Shown here piece after piece: positions 40,636-50,640 of a stretch of DNA of 64,000 nucleotides. The stretch is from Candidatus Krumholzibacteriota bacterium (lineage in GTDB: Bacteria; Krumholzibacteriota; Krumholzibacteriia; Krumholzibacteriales; Krumholzibacteriaceae). The notes under the pieces were generated by a model. That model searched no databases, was not told the DNA's origin, and worked only from the letters and a program-made list of their open reading frames with translations. A program made the position numbers and the translations under genes. The number at the start of each line of letters is the position of its first letter. Within the stretch, counting starts at the first letter, position 1. The DNA is taken from the NCBI GenBank assembly GCA_016933255.1, contig JAFGBF010000002.1, forward strand, positions 4,772 to 68,771, read 5' to 3'.

Positions 40636-41094
40636 CTACCTTTCGCGATCCTTGTCCTTGATCGCCCGGGCCAGATCTCTTTTAGCGTCCCTATCGGCTA
40701 TCGATCGCCTTTTGTCGTACGATTTTTTCCCCTTTGCCAGCCCTATCTCCACCTTGACTCTTCCGGCGTCGTTGAAATAGACCTTCAGCGGAATAAGAGT
40801 AAGCCCCTTTTCACGGGTCTTTCCTATAAGGCGCTTTATCTCTCTCGCGTGCACAAGAAGTTTTCGTGTACGGGTCGGCTCGTGGTTATTCCGGTTGCCC
40901 TGTTTGTACGGGCTTATATGCGCGCTGAAGAGGAAAAGCTCTTCATTTTCGATAGAGGCGTACGAATCCTTCAGATGAGCGCTCCCCGCCCTGAGAGATT
41001 TTACTTCTGTACCGGTCAGAACAATACCAGCTTCCATCGTCTCGATGATAGCGTAATCGTGCCTGGCCTTTCTGTTCGTGCAAACGATCTTCAT
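40636..41094 (-). CDS. smpB: SsrA-binding protein
   Basis: NRKARHDY, EAGIVLTGTEVKS, RKLL, GKK.YDKR. Confidence 0.97.
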   Translation of the reverse strand: MKIVCTNRKARHDYAIIETMEAGIVLTGTEVKSLRAGSAHLKDSYASIENEELFLFSAHISPYKQGNRNNHEPTRTRKLLVHAREIKRLIGKTREKGLTLIPLKVYFNDAGRVKVEIGLAKGKKSYDKRRSIADRDAKRDLARAIKDKDRER

Positions 41095-41338
41095 GACACC
41101 TGATACACCGCGCTCCCCAGCGAATTCCTTCCGCATTGATAAAAAAACCGGCACTTGCCTTCGCTGACCTTCCCCCGGAAGAAGATCGGATCATCGACAG
41201 GCGAAAACTACCAGAGAGATAGCGTATTTTCAAGCAAAAAGGGGCATCCCCGCCGGCCGGACCGGAAAGGTCCGCCGAAAACGGGCTGGTCTTTTCAAAG
41301 GTGCGTAAATTATGAGGGGCCCCGGCGAATTTCACGCA

Positions 41339-41367
41339 TTGACAAAAGGGGTCTGGTTAATTATTGT
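41339..41367 (+). promoter_or_regulatory. Sigma70-type promoter of tRNA-Leu
   Basis: TTGACA-N17-TATTGT. Confidence 0.65.
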
Positions 41368-41390
41368 AATTACCTGAAATTATAGCTTAT

Positions 41391-41474
41391 GCCTGAGTGG
41401 TGGAACTGGTAGACGCGCTGCGTTCAGGGCGCAGTGGGGGTAACTCCGTGGGGGTTCAACTCCCCCCTCAGGCA
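41391..41474 (+). tRNA. tRNA-Leu(CAG)
   Basis: GCCTGAG/CTCAGGC acceptor stem, CTGCG-TTCAGGG-CGCAG anticodon arm, long variable arm; CCA not encoded. Confidence 0.95.
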
Positions 41475-41495
41475 TTATTTATTTCCAGGGAGAAT

Positions 41496-41900
41496 ATGAT
41501 GGACCTGATCACAACATTTACCGGTCAGTACAGCAACAGCACTGCAATAAAGGGATACAGCATCAGGACAAGCCAGTCAGCGATGAACGGCGGGGACGAT
41601 GAGAACCCCGCTCCTTTCGACCTGCTGCTGACATCGATCTCAGCCTGCAGCGCCGTATATGTCGATTATTTCTGTCAAAAACGGGGGATCCCGACCGAAA
41701 ATATACGCGTGATATTGAAGACCGTGGTCGATCCGGAGAAAAAGAAGATCGGAAAGATAATAATAAATGTGGAGATCCCCGCTGATTTCCCGGAAAAATA
41801 TATCAAACCGATGATGAAATCGGTCGATATGTGCGCGGTGAAAAAACTTATACTCGACCCGCCTGAATTCGAACTGGCCGCGGTAACTACGCCGCTCTGA
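41496..41900 (+). CDS. OsmC-family protein
   Basis: GG....P.PFDLLL.S...C, 'FPEKY...CAVKK'; GGAG RBS. The longer ORF-track start lies inside the tRNA. Confidence 0.88.
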   Translation: MMDLITTFTGQYSNSTAIKGYSIRTSQSAMNGGDDENPAPFDLLLTSISACSAVYVDYFCQKRGIPTENIRVILKTVVDPEKKKIGKIIINVEIPADFPEKYIKPMMKSVDMCAVKKLILDPPEFELAAVTTPL

Positions 41901-43164
41901 TCCCTCGGCGCTTTCTCTTTTTTCTGCGGTTGTAGCTCGAAACCAGCTCCATGAATATTCCAAGATCGTTTTCAAGATCCATACGGTTTGAGTCGAAGTA
42001 GAACGGGCGGATCGGGATGTCGTCATGATCGCGGCTTACGCGCGGATAGACCGACTCTGATACTATTCCATTCATGCATGTGAACGGGCTTATATCGATT
42101 ATTCCATCGGCCCCGTTCTCGTACATATAGATACTCTTTCCTACGCTGAGCACCATCTCGCCGAGGGCTCCGTGCCAGGGAAGGTATGGCTCTGCAAGAT
42201 CGAGTATTTCTCTTATCTTCCCCGGTTCTTTCATAGGCGCGAGGGAGCCTTTCAGCGGTTCAAGAAGTTTGTGTTCCAGCCTTTTCTGGAAAAATTTCTT
42301 CAGCTGAACGCCGGCCATTGAAGCTGATATGCCGTTGCCCCTTATCTTCAGGTTCTTCACCTGTTCCTCATCGGTGTACCATATCCATTCGGTAATATCG
42401 GAAAGCCAGGCCGTAGCCCCGAAACGCTCCAGTCTGCGTATCAGATCATCGTTGCTGAAAGTGTTAAGACGGCAGAATATTTCGCCGACGACACCTACAA
42501 GCATCGTTTCTTTCTCCGTATCGACAGGAACAGCGCGGAAGATATCCCTCGCGGCCTCCATCGTGCCGGTCAGGCGGCGTGATACCGAGTTCTTCCGGAG
42601 AGGACCGTTTTCAAGTTCGTCGCAGAATATTCCAAGCGCCTCACGATGCGCGGCGTCCGCGGCCCCCTCTTCCGTCTCACGGGGACGATGCGTATGGAGC
42701 ATCTTGCGCAGCGCGTCGCTTCCGACAAGGGCGAGCCAGCCAAGCTGCATAAGAGGAGCGGCATATCTTCCTATCCCGTCGTATCCGTTCTTACTTGTGG
42801 GAGAGAAGACCATCAGCGATTCGTACCCCATATCGTCGAGTATCTGGCGGAGAAAGGGCGCGTACTGCCCGAACCTGCAGGGGCCTCCTGCCGTAGGCAT
42901 GAGAAACGCCGTCTTTGAAGGGTCAAACCCCGGCGATTCGATGACCCTGAGAAAATTCCCCACCGTCACCCTCTCGGGCAGGCATTCGTCTCCCGACGTA
43001 TACCGGCCGGCCAGATCGAATGTCCTTTCGTTTCCCTCGGGGACGACTTTGGCGTCTATCCCGAAGTGCCGAAACGCTGCTGCAAAAGCTTCGGCTCCTC
43101 CTGAGGACATTCTGGGAATGTAGAGGGTCCTGTCTTCGAGAGACCAGCTTCTTTCTTCCACCAC
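41887..43164 (-). CDS. 2-hydroxyacyl-CoA dehydratase-like subunit (DUF2229-associated)
   Basis: ECLP, GPCRFGQY, VVGEIF, PFTCM; own AAGGGAG RBS and GTG. Confidence 0.82.
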   Translation of the reverse strand: MVEERSWSLEDRTLYIPRMSSGGAEAFAAAFRHFGIDAKVVPEGNERTFDLAGRYTSGDECLPERVTVGNFLRVIESPGFDPSKTAFLMPTAGGPCRFGQYAPFLRQILDDMGYESLMVFSPTSKNGYDGIGRYAAPLMQLGWLALVGSDALRKMLHTHRPRETEEGAADAAHREALGIFCDELENGPLRKNSVSRRLTGTMEAARDIFRAVPVDTEKETMLVGVVGEIFCRLNTFSNDDLIRRLERFGATAWLSDITEWIWYTDEEQVKNLKIRGNGISASMAGVQLKKFFQKRLEHKLLEPLKGSLAPMKEPGKIREILDLAEPYLPWHGALGEMVLSVGKSIYMYENGADGIIDISPFTCMNGIVSESVYPRVSRDHDDIPIRPFYFDSNRMDLENDLGIFMELVSSYNRRKKRKRRGIRAA

Positions 43165-46100
43165 CTGAGTACTCCCTTGCTGTCGAGATAAGCTTCACAT
43201 CTTGTCATCATGCCGGCGTCGTTTCCGTGGGCATCGAACTGCAGCGCGAGCCACGGACGCGACGACGCCCTGTTGCAGAAATGTTTTACATATGAATCGG
43301 GGCCGCATTTGAAATTGGTTATGTAGATCAGATGCAGGTTCTCTCTTTCAGAGGCGAATTTCGCCGCCTGCAGTATCTTTCTGCCGTAATTCCAGAACAT
43401 GTTCTGTCCCTCCTCCTCGATATCGATCCCGTCCAGGGGAAGGAAGAAGAGAGGGATGACATTCGCCCCGTAATAATCCCTCAGCTTGCCCGGCACATCC
43501 ATGTTGATTTCCCGGTCCATCAGATTATACGGTCTTCCAACCAGGATTATCCCCGGCTGATTCTTTTCGTCGAGCGCCGCCAGGGCTTTTTGCCCGCAAG
43601 CCTGGAGCTCACCCTGAAAAAGCCGCTGAGCGGCGTATGCCGCCCTGACCGCCAGTCTGCTCCGCCGCCTGCTCCTGCCGTATCTTTTAGCGAACCGCCA
43701 CAGCTCTTTTTCTACAAATTTTTCTCCCTCCCTGAAATGGACTATGGGAGAAGCTATGATCCCCTCCCTGCCTTCCAGCGCCGGCATGCTCCGGATGACG
43801 AAAGGCAGAGTCTGCCCCCAGGGACAAATATATGATCCGGTCTCCTCATGATCAGTCTCGGCATCTATGATATTGGGGATGAAGATCAGATCGGGGTCCT
43901 CTTCAAGCAGCCGGACGACGTGTCCATGCGCCACCTGGACCGGCGCGCAGGGCTCGGCGACCGAACCTTCGATACCCCTGTTGACGATCTCCCTGTTCGT
44001 CTCAGGAGTCGTCACCAGCTCCATTCCGAGAGCACTCAGAAATGTGCTCCAGAATGGGTATGTATCGAAGTAGAACATCGCAGACGGGATCCCTGCCGTG
44101 ATCCTTTTTCCGCCAGGCGGAGGAGCCGTGTCTATTTTTATTCCCAGCTCTTCTTCGACCAGCGGGATCGTATCCCTTTCAAGAAGGTTCATATATACTT
44201 TCATAAGATCGGGAACGGCCGGCTTAAGATGGGCCCTTGCCCTTTTGTGGTATCTTTCTCCGCACTTGTCGCCCCAGTATGTCTTGCGGCCGGCTACGGT
44301 GAACTCCTGAATATCACAGAAATTCGTGCAGCCGCTGCACGGAAATTCGCGGATACTGTATTCTACTTTCGATATATCCAGCCCGCGGAACGAACTGACG
44401 GTTCCGAGAGCAGTCATTTTTTCTTTCGCAAGCAGGGCGGCGCCGATAGCCCCCATCACTCCGTTATATGGAGGAACGATTATCTCCTTTTCGAGTATCT
44501 GGCTGAAAGCGGCGGCTACCGAGTCATTGTACGCTGTCCCGCCCTGAAAAAAGACGACGTCGCCGATCTTTCTGCCGCGCACGATCCTGTTCAGATAGTT
44601 CTGCACTACCGAACAGGCAAGCCCCGCCACCAGATCGGATTTGCCGGCTCCCATCTTCTGGTATGACGAGAGGTCGCGTTCCATATAGACGGTGCATCGT
44701 TCTCCCATCCGCAAGGGGGCCTTTGAAGCAAAAGCCTCTCTGGAGAATTCATCGATAATATTAATGTCAAGTTTCGAGGCCTGCTCCTCGAGGAATGATC
44801 CGGTCCCGGCCGCGCAAGCCTCGTTCATCGTGAAATCGACGACTATCCCGTCATCGATCGAAATATATTTGGAATCCTGGCCGCCGATCTCGAATATCGT
44901 ATCGACTTTTTTACCAAGCAGCCTTTCTCCGATGAACAGAGCTCCGGTCTTGTGCGCCGTGATCTCGTCATTGACAGTATCGGCTCCGACCAGTTCGCCT
45001 ATAAGTTCGCGTCCCGATCCGGTGGCCCCGACTCCCTTTATCCTGACCCTGTCCCGGGTCCTTTCAGAAAGGATCCGAAGGCCCTCTCCGACGACATCGA
45101 TCGGCCTTGCCTGCGTTCTGAGATATATCTCCTCTATGACCGATCCGTCTCCGGTTATAAGGGCGAGGTTGGTGCTTACCGAACCGATATCCAGTCCGAG
45201 GTATGCGTCTATCGGAATATCCGGTTCACCAATCGAATACGTATCCACGCGGTCGCGCAGAAAACTCACCTTCTCTTTTGACAAACGGTCCCAGGACGGG
45301 AATTCCTCTCTTTCGGAGATATTTTTTTCAGCGACCTTTTCGGCAAGAAGCGCCGTATCTGAATCTTCACAGCTGGCGCGCGATGCTACGATCGCCGATC
45401 CTATAGCTTCAATATAGGCGCACAGGTCGGGGACGAAAAAATCATCGGCGCTGAGCCCGAAGACCTTTCTTACAGATTCAGCGACGCCTCTGTTCATCGC
45501 CACACCGCCGATAAAGGCGGTCCTGCCGGTGATCTTTCTCCCTTTGGTAATATTACTCTTGAAGTTTCTTGCGACCGCTTCGCACAGCCCTTTGAGCACT
45601 TCTGCGGGCTGATACCCTTTCTGCTGCGCGTGTATCATATCGGATTTTGCGAAAACACTGCACCTGCCGGCGATCTTCGGAGAACGCATCGTATATGATA
45701 CGATCTCCCCCACATCCTCGATGCCGTAACAGAGGCGGCTCGCCTGCTGATCCATGAACGAACCGGTTCCCGCCGCGCAGTCTCCGTTAGTCTCATATTC
45801 GATTATAGAGGTATTGCCGTTTTCGCTTGCGATCCTGATATATTTCGAGTTTTCTCCGCCCATCTCGAAAATATTGACGATATCCGGATATAATCCGCCT
45901 ATACTCGCCGCGGCAGCCTTGAACTCGTTTTCGACAGGGATCCCCAGCGCCTCCGACACGAGTCTGGCGGAAGCTCCGGTCACCACGGCTGACCGTATCT
46001 CGGCGGGGCTGATATTCTGATACAGTTCCCGCAGCGAGCGGATGACGGTATCGAGAGGGTCGCCCTGGACTCTCATATACCGCGAGACAGCTATAGATCG

Positions 46101-46253
46101 ACCCGGGTCGTTTCGGTAAGGATAAACGCCTGTTATAAGGCCGTTTCCTTCTTTTTCCAGAAGCTTCAGGCGCTCTGTCTGGCCGAGCAGGGCCCATCTT
46201 GCGCTTACTGTACCTGTATCTATACCGAGCGATAAACCCATGACACCTTTCAA
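43056..46253 (-). CDS. CoA-substrate-specific enzyme activase (two BadF/BadG/HgdC ASKHA domains + DUF2229)
   Basis: Two CAAGTGSF / C(S/T)V Fe-S motifs, GLDIGSVST, IGGQDSK, FKCGPD. Confidence 0.92.
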   Translation of the reverse strand: MKGVMGLSLGIDTGTVSARWALLGQTERLKLLEKEGNGLITGVYPYRNDPGRSIAVSRYMRVQGDPLDTVIRSLRELYQNISPAEIRSAVVTGASARLVSEALGIPVENEFKAAAASIGGLYPDIVNIFEMGGENSKYIRIASENGNTSIIEYETNGDCAAGTGSFMDQQASRLCYGIEDVGEIVSYTMRSPKIAGRCSVFAKSDMIHAQQKGYQPAEVLKGLCEAVARNFKSNITKGRKITGRTAFIGGVAMNRGVAESVRKVFGLSADDFFVPDLCAYIEAIGSAIVASRASCEDSDTALLAEKVAEKNISEREEFPSWDRLSKEKVSFLRDRVDTYSIGEPDIPIDAYLGLDIGSVSTNLALITGDGSVIEEIYLRTQARPIDVVGEGLRILSERTRDRVRIKGVGATGSGRELIGELVGADTVNDEITAHKTGALFIGERLLGKKVDTIFEIGGQDSKYISIDDGIVVDFTMNEACAAGTGSFLEEQASKLDINIIDEFSREAFASKAPLRMGERCTVYMERDLSSYQKMGAGKSDLVAGLACSVVQNYLNRIVRGRKIGDVVFFQGGTAYNDSVAAAFSQILEKEIIVPPYNGVMGAIGAALLAKEKMTALGTVSSFRGLDISKVEYSIREFPCSGCTNFCDIQEFTVAGRKTYWGDKCGERYHKRARAHLKPAVPDLMKVYMNLLERDTIPLVEEELGIKIDTAPPPGGKRITAGIPSAMFYFDTYPFWSTFLSALGMELVTTPETNREIVNRGIEGSVAEPCAPVQVAHGHVVRLLEEDPDLIFIPNIIDAETDHEETGSYICPWGQTLPFVIRSMPALEGREGIIASPIVHFREGEKFVEKELWRFAKRYGRSRRRSRLAVRAAYAAQRLFQGELQACGQKALAALDEKNQPGIILVGRPYNLMDREINMDVPGKLRDYYGANVIPLFFLPLDGIDIEEEGQNMFWNYGRKILQAAKFASERENLHLIYITNFKCGPDSYVKHFCNRASSRPWLALQFDAHGNDAGMMTRCEAYLDSKGVLRWWKKEAGLSKTGPSTFPECPQEEPKLLQQRFGTSG

Positions 46254-46354
46254 ATCCGCAGTATGGCCTTCAGATCATTTTCCTGTTGGATCAGATGCGG
46301 GCCGCGGCTGGAAACATCCCCTATCCGGATAACGCCGGAACCAAACAGACATCC

Positions 46355-46384
46355 ATTATATACCTTATAGAGGTATATTCTCAA
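46355..46384 (-). promoter_or_regulatory. Promoter of the activase operon with palindromic operator
   Basis: TTGAGA-N18-TATAAT; inverted repeat ATATACCT-N5-AGGTATAT. Confidence 0.6.
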
Positions 46385-46495
46385 GACATTCCCTGAGACT
46401 GCTTCCGATAATGCCGAAAGATCGTCCAAAGACCAGGGAAATACGCACCTTTAATCGTCATCGCCTGAACCCTGATTACGCGCCGTCAGGAACCG

Positions 46496-47068
46496 TCACC
46501 CTGAACCAGAGGTCCTGCGCTTCTTTTTATATATATCCCTGATAGCGGAAAGATCATCCATATACAGTCCCTTTTTGAAATCGGGGAAGGTCCATGGAAG
46601 GGTTATCCATCTACCCTCCTGATACATAAGGACCGGATCGGCGTAGACTCCTTCTCCTATATATATCTTCTGGGGGCCCTCCTTGAACGAGGCAAGGACG
46701 GCTTTGAAAAAATCGATATATCCGGGATCGATGTTGATCCTTCTTTTTCCGTCTTTCGAGAAGCTGTCTTCAAGAGATCTGGCCGAGTGTTTGACCTGTA
46801 CAATATCCATCGCCTCGCCGAGAGGGGCAAATGATACTATTACCCTTGAGATACCCGGCCCCATCTCATCTTCGTAATAATCGGTCATGTCGAAAGGAAA
46901 AGCTTTTCCCCTGTAATCGATCGGACCCAGGATCCCCTCTAACTCCTTAAGCAGCTTATCCATATCGGCATGCGCGGCTGATCCCGCCATTTCCTCGCTC
47001 AAAAGAAGAGCCGCAAAAAACTTTACAGGTGCTCCACTTTCCGGATTCCCTGCTTTCGGATGGCCCAT
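46496..47068 (-). CDS. DUF4416-family protein
   Basis: TDYYEDEMG, RRINIDPGY, LPWTFPDF. Confidence 0.85.
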   Translation of the reverse strand: MGHPKAGNPESGAPVKFFAALLLSEEMAGSAAHADMDKLLKELEGILGPIDYRGKAFPFDMTDYYEDEMGPGISRVIVSFAPLGEAMDIVQVKHSARSLEDSFSKDGKRRINIDPGYIDFFKAVLASFKEGPQKIYIGEGVYADPVLMYQEGRWITLPWTFPDFKKGLYMDDLSAIRDIYKKKRRTSGSG

Positions 47069-47874
47069 TCCTTTTTCATCCTTTCGATATATTCACGCGC
47101 TTCGGCAGTCACCTCTTGCGAGATCCCGAACTCATCCTCTATTCTCGACTCGAGGCTCTTCCTTATGTTCTCGTTTATCTTCTGGTCGCCGCGCCGAAGC
47201 CTCAGGTGATGATTCTTGATATAAAGATGTCCATTTTCAGTGAGCTTTGTCAACTGCAGCGAATTCATCATCGGAAGCGAAAAAGATTCTTTCCAGTATC
47301 TTATGAACTGCGCCTGAGCTACCGGAGTCGTTCTTACCCTGTATCTCCATTTTTTTTCGCTTCCGGTAACTGTGTACAGATCATAACTCTCCATCCCCTT
47401 CGGCCTTAGTTCCACAGTTCCGAACGCCGTACTGATCGATGCGGGAAGAGAACCGAGTTCTACCGGTTCCCCCAGAAGATACCCCGGATCGATCAGATAC
47501 CTCTTTTTGCCGGCATGTACGACGAGTGCGCAGTGAATATTTGTTCTTTTCATATCGGCCATTACGGGGTAGCACCTGTATCCGGAATTGGAGAGGATCG
47601 AGCCGAGGCACCAGGTAAGGGAGAAACATGTCCCGCCCGTATTATCCCCGATATAGCCGCTGATGACATCTTCCGGACCGCGCAGACGCCTGTCGGGATC
47701 ATCTATCGTATATTTTGTTATGATCTTTGTAAGGTTTTCATATGGAAGTTTTGAAAAATGAGACGCCACTGCCCGCAGCAGGTCATATTCAGGGTCGCCT
47801 GAAGGGAGTGAAAAGTGTTCAAAAAAAAGTTTTTTCGCGTTAATTCCCGCTCCGCCCAATTTTTTTCCTTTCAC
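47023..47874 (-). CDS. Arylamine N-acetyltransferase family protein
   Basis: PYENL, GGTCF (catalytic Cys), H..L.V, LIDPG (Cys-His-Asp triad). Confidence 0.85.
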   Translation of the reverse strand: MKGKKLGGAGINAKKLFFEHFSLPSGDPEYDLLRAVASHFSKLPYENLTKIITKYTIDDPDRRLRGPEDVISGYIGDNTGGTCFSLTWCLGSILSNSGYRCYPVMADMKRTNIHCALVVHAGKKRYLIDPGYLLGEPVELGSLPASISTAFGTVELRPKGMESYDLYTVTGSEKKWRYRVRTTPVAQAQFIRYWKESFSLPMMNSLQLTKLTENGHLYIKNHHLRLRRGDQKINENIRKSLESRIEDEFGISQEVTAEAREYIERMKKEWAIRKQGIRKVEHL

Positions 47875-48092
47875 CTCAAATGTCCCGTCACTCCGGCCCG
47901 AAACGCCTTATGACCAGGCGCCGCTGCCGAAGCGGACTTTTCTCGCCCGGCCACTGCCGGCACCTTTCCGGTAACCTCCGGAGCTATTGACACTGCTTTA
48001 GATAGCATCTTTTCGCCTTTCGATGCAACAAAAACCGGACCTCAGCGATATTTCGCGCGCTCTGCGGCTCTTTCTCCGTTTCCTCTCACAGG

Positions 48093-48121
48093 TTGACATC
48101 GGCAAGAGGTTTCCTTTATAT
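48093..48121 (+). promoter_or_regulatory. Sigma70-type promoter of the transketolase-like gene
   Basis: TTGACA followed at canonical distance by an AT-rich -10-like element. Confidence 0.55.
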
Positions 48122-48214
48122 TTAGCGTCCGGCTTTGAATAGATCCTGGCCGGAAATCCAGCAGCTGCCGCAGTCAGCCGGCGGCATCAAGTATACTAAA
48201 AGGGAGGCTCGGTC

Positions 48215-50584
48215 TTGTCTAAAAAAGAGTCCAGCAAAAAATTCACTTTCGGCCCAAAGCGCGGATATTACGCGGAAATCGGACCAGACAGCAGCTCCAG
48301 CCGGGGCAGTGAAGAAGCTATCAGGATGTTCGATGATTACGACCTGGTCTACAGGTCTCTTTGCGGCATTCTGTACAACTTCGTCCCGAAATCGGGCCAC
48401 CCTGGAGGATCGATATCCTCCGGCAGGATCGTCGAAAGCCTCCTCTTTAATACTATGGACTACTGCATAGGCGATCCCGAATGCACTGGGGCCGATATCC
48501 TCTCATACGCCGCGGGGCACAAAGCGATGGGGCTCTACGCTATGTGGGCGCTGCGGAACGAATGCGCCAGGATCGCCAGCGCAGAGCTGCTTCCGGGCCC
48601 GGAAAAACAGCTCAGGATCGAGGATCTGCTCGGTTTTCGCCGCAACCCGACCCAGGAAACTCCCCTTTTCTCAAAGTTCAAGGTAAAGCCGCTCGACGGA
48701 CATCCATCCCCGATAACTCCCTTCGTCAAGCTTTCGACAGGCGCGTCTGGAGTAGGAGTGACGACCAGTTTCGGACTCGGCTTCGGCGCGATGGACGCCT
48801 ACGGCAAGAATGCTCCTTTCGTACACGTCCTTGAGGGCGAAGGCGGGATGACTCCCGGCAGGGTCTCAGAGGCTATGGCAACCGCCGCTTCGGCGCAGAT
48901 GTGGAACATCATGCTCCATGTCGACTGGAATCAGTCGTCTATCGATTCCGACAGGGTCTGCCGCGACGGGGAGACTCCCGGAGACTATGTGCAGTGGTCG
49001 CCCACGGAGTTCTGCTACATGCACGACTGGAACGTCATACTGGTAGAGAACGGCAAGGATATCGGGCAGGTCCTCGCCGCGCAGGAACTTGCGATGAAGA
49101 GACAGAACGATCAGCCTACAGCGATCATCTACCGCACGATAAAAGGATGGCAGTACGGGATCGAAGGAAGAAAATCACATGGCGCGGGACACGACTTCTG
49201 CTCCGAAGCATATTACAAGACGCTGAAACCTCTCGAAGAACGTTTTGGGGTCACATTCCCGAAATTCGAAGGGGAAAAGACACCGGTAGCTATCGAAAAA
49301 GCCTTCTATGACGCGCTTATGGTAGTAAGAAAGATCCTGGAAGATAACAGGGAGATCACCGATTTCTTCGGCAGGATGCTGACCGAAGCCCACGACAGGC
49401 TCATCGGCGCGAAGAAGACCTTGCGCAAAAACGCCGGCGATGTCAGCCGGATCTACAGCGATGATATCAAAGCTGACAAGATCCCCGCCGAATTGACGTA
49501 TAAACCAGGATCCAGCCAGACTCTCCGGGCTGCGCTCGGAGAGACGCTGAACTATCTGAATAAAAAATCAGGAGGAGCCATAATCTCCGCTTCGGCCGAT
49601 CTGCTCGGTTCGACTTCGATCCTCAAGGCCGGCGACGGATTCGCCGAGGGGTTCTACAACGCCGTCTCAAACCCCGATTCGAGGATCCTGTTGACCGGGG
49701 GGATCTGCGAAGACTGTATGGGCGGGATCATGGCCGGGCTGTCGACCTTCGGGCATAACATCGGCGCCGGGTCCTCCTACGGAGCTTTTATCGCTGCTCT
49801 GACTCACATCACGGCCCGTTTGCACGGGATCGGACAGCAGGGAAAGCAGCAGTATAATAATGAGCCTCACAACCCCTTCTTTCTCGTATGCGCCCACGCA
49901 GGGCTAAAGACCGGCGAGGACGGGCCGACCCACGCCGACCCGCAGGCGCTGCAGCTTCTGCAGGAAAACTTCCCCAAAAACGTTATGATAACCCTGACGC
50001 CATGGGATCCGCAGGAGGTCTATCCGCTCGTGATAGCTGCCCTTAAAAAACGCCCCGCTGTCATCGCTCCCTTCGTAACGCGTCCGAATGAAAAGATATT
50101 CGATCGAAAAGCTCTGGGACTCCCTCCTGCCACAGAAGCGGTCAAGGGGATCTACGCGCTGCGCAGGGCCGACGGATCGAAGAAACCTTACCATGGAACC
50201 CTCGTCCTTCAGGGAAGCGGCGTTACGAACACATTTATTGAAGAAGTGCTGCCGAAGATCGATGAAGCAGGACTGAATATCAACATCTTCTACGTCGCGA
50301 GCGCGGAACTCTTCCTGATGCTTCCTGAAAAAGAGCAGAAGAGTATCTATCCCGACAGTCTGGCGAATGAAGCGATGGGGATCACCGGGCTGACACTGCC
50401 GACGATGTTCAGATGGGTCACTTCGAGCGGCGGAAGGGATTCCAGCCTTCACCCGTTCAAGCACGGTCATTACCTTGGCAGCGGACAGGCGCACAAGGTG
50501 CTTGAAGAAGCCGGCCTTCACGGCGCCGGCCAGTGGGCGGCCGTCGAAAAATACGCCGCCGGGATGGAAAAGAAAAATTCATAG
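48215..50584 (+). CDS. Transketolase-like TPP-dependent enzyme
   Basis: SGHPGG, AGH, GHP, TIKG..HG, SADL..S, GEDGPTH; TTG start after GGGAGG. Confidence 0.88.
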   Translation: MSKKESSKKFTFGPKRGYYAEIGPDSSSSRGSEEAIRMFDDYDLVYRSLCGILYNFVPKSGHPGGSISSGRIVESLLFNTMDYCIGDPECTGADILSYAAGHKAMGLYAMWALRNECARIASAELLPGPEKQLRIEDLLGFRRNPTQETPLFSKFKVKPLDGHPSPITPFVKLSTGASGVGVTTSFGLGFGAMDAYGKNAPFVHVLEGEGGMTPGRVSEAMATAASAQMWNIMLHVDWNQSSIDSDRVCRDGETPGDYVQWSPTEFCYMHDWNVILVENGKDIGQVLAAQELAMKRQNDQPTAIIYRTIKGWQYGIEGRKSHGAGHDFCSEAYYKTLKPLEERFGVTFPKFEGEKTPVAIEKAFYDALMVVRKILEDNREITDFFGRMLTEAHDRLIGAKKTLRKNAGDVSRIYSDDIKADKIPAELTYKPGSSQTLRAALGETLNYLNKKSGGAIISASADLLGSTSILKAGDGFAEGFYNAVSNPDSRILLTGGICEDCMGGIMAGLSTFGHNIGAGSSYGAFIAALTHITARLHGIGQQGKQQYNNEPHNPFFLVCAHAGLKTGEDGPTHADPQALQLLQENFPKNVMITLTPWDPQEVYPLVIAALKKRPAVIAPFVTRPNEKIFDRKALGLPPATEAVKGIYALRRADGSKKPYHGTLVLQGSGVTNTFIEEVLPKIDEAGLNINIFYVASAELFLMLPEKEQKSIYPDSLANEAMGITGLTLPTMFRWVTSSGGRDSSLHPFKHGHYLGSGQAHKVLEEAGLHGAGQWAAVEKYAAGMEKKNS

Positions 50585-50640
50585 GCCGGGCCGGGTGACA
50601 GCATAAGATCAGTGTTTCAAGTATCGAGGGGGTCGTCTGC

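Noticed and set aside
41095..41390. tmRNA next to smpB
   Set aside because: No GGGG..tRNA-like ends or tag reading frame; only small hairpins
41397..41495. N-terminal extension of the OsmC ORF
   Set aside because: It overlaps tRNA-Leu; the real start is 41496 with its own RBS
43056..43180. Programmed frameshift fusing activase and dehydratase
   Set aside because: The downstream gene has its own SD and GTG, and no clear slippery heptamer is present
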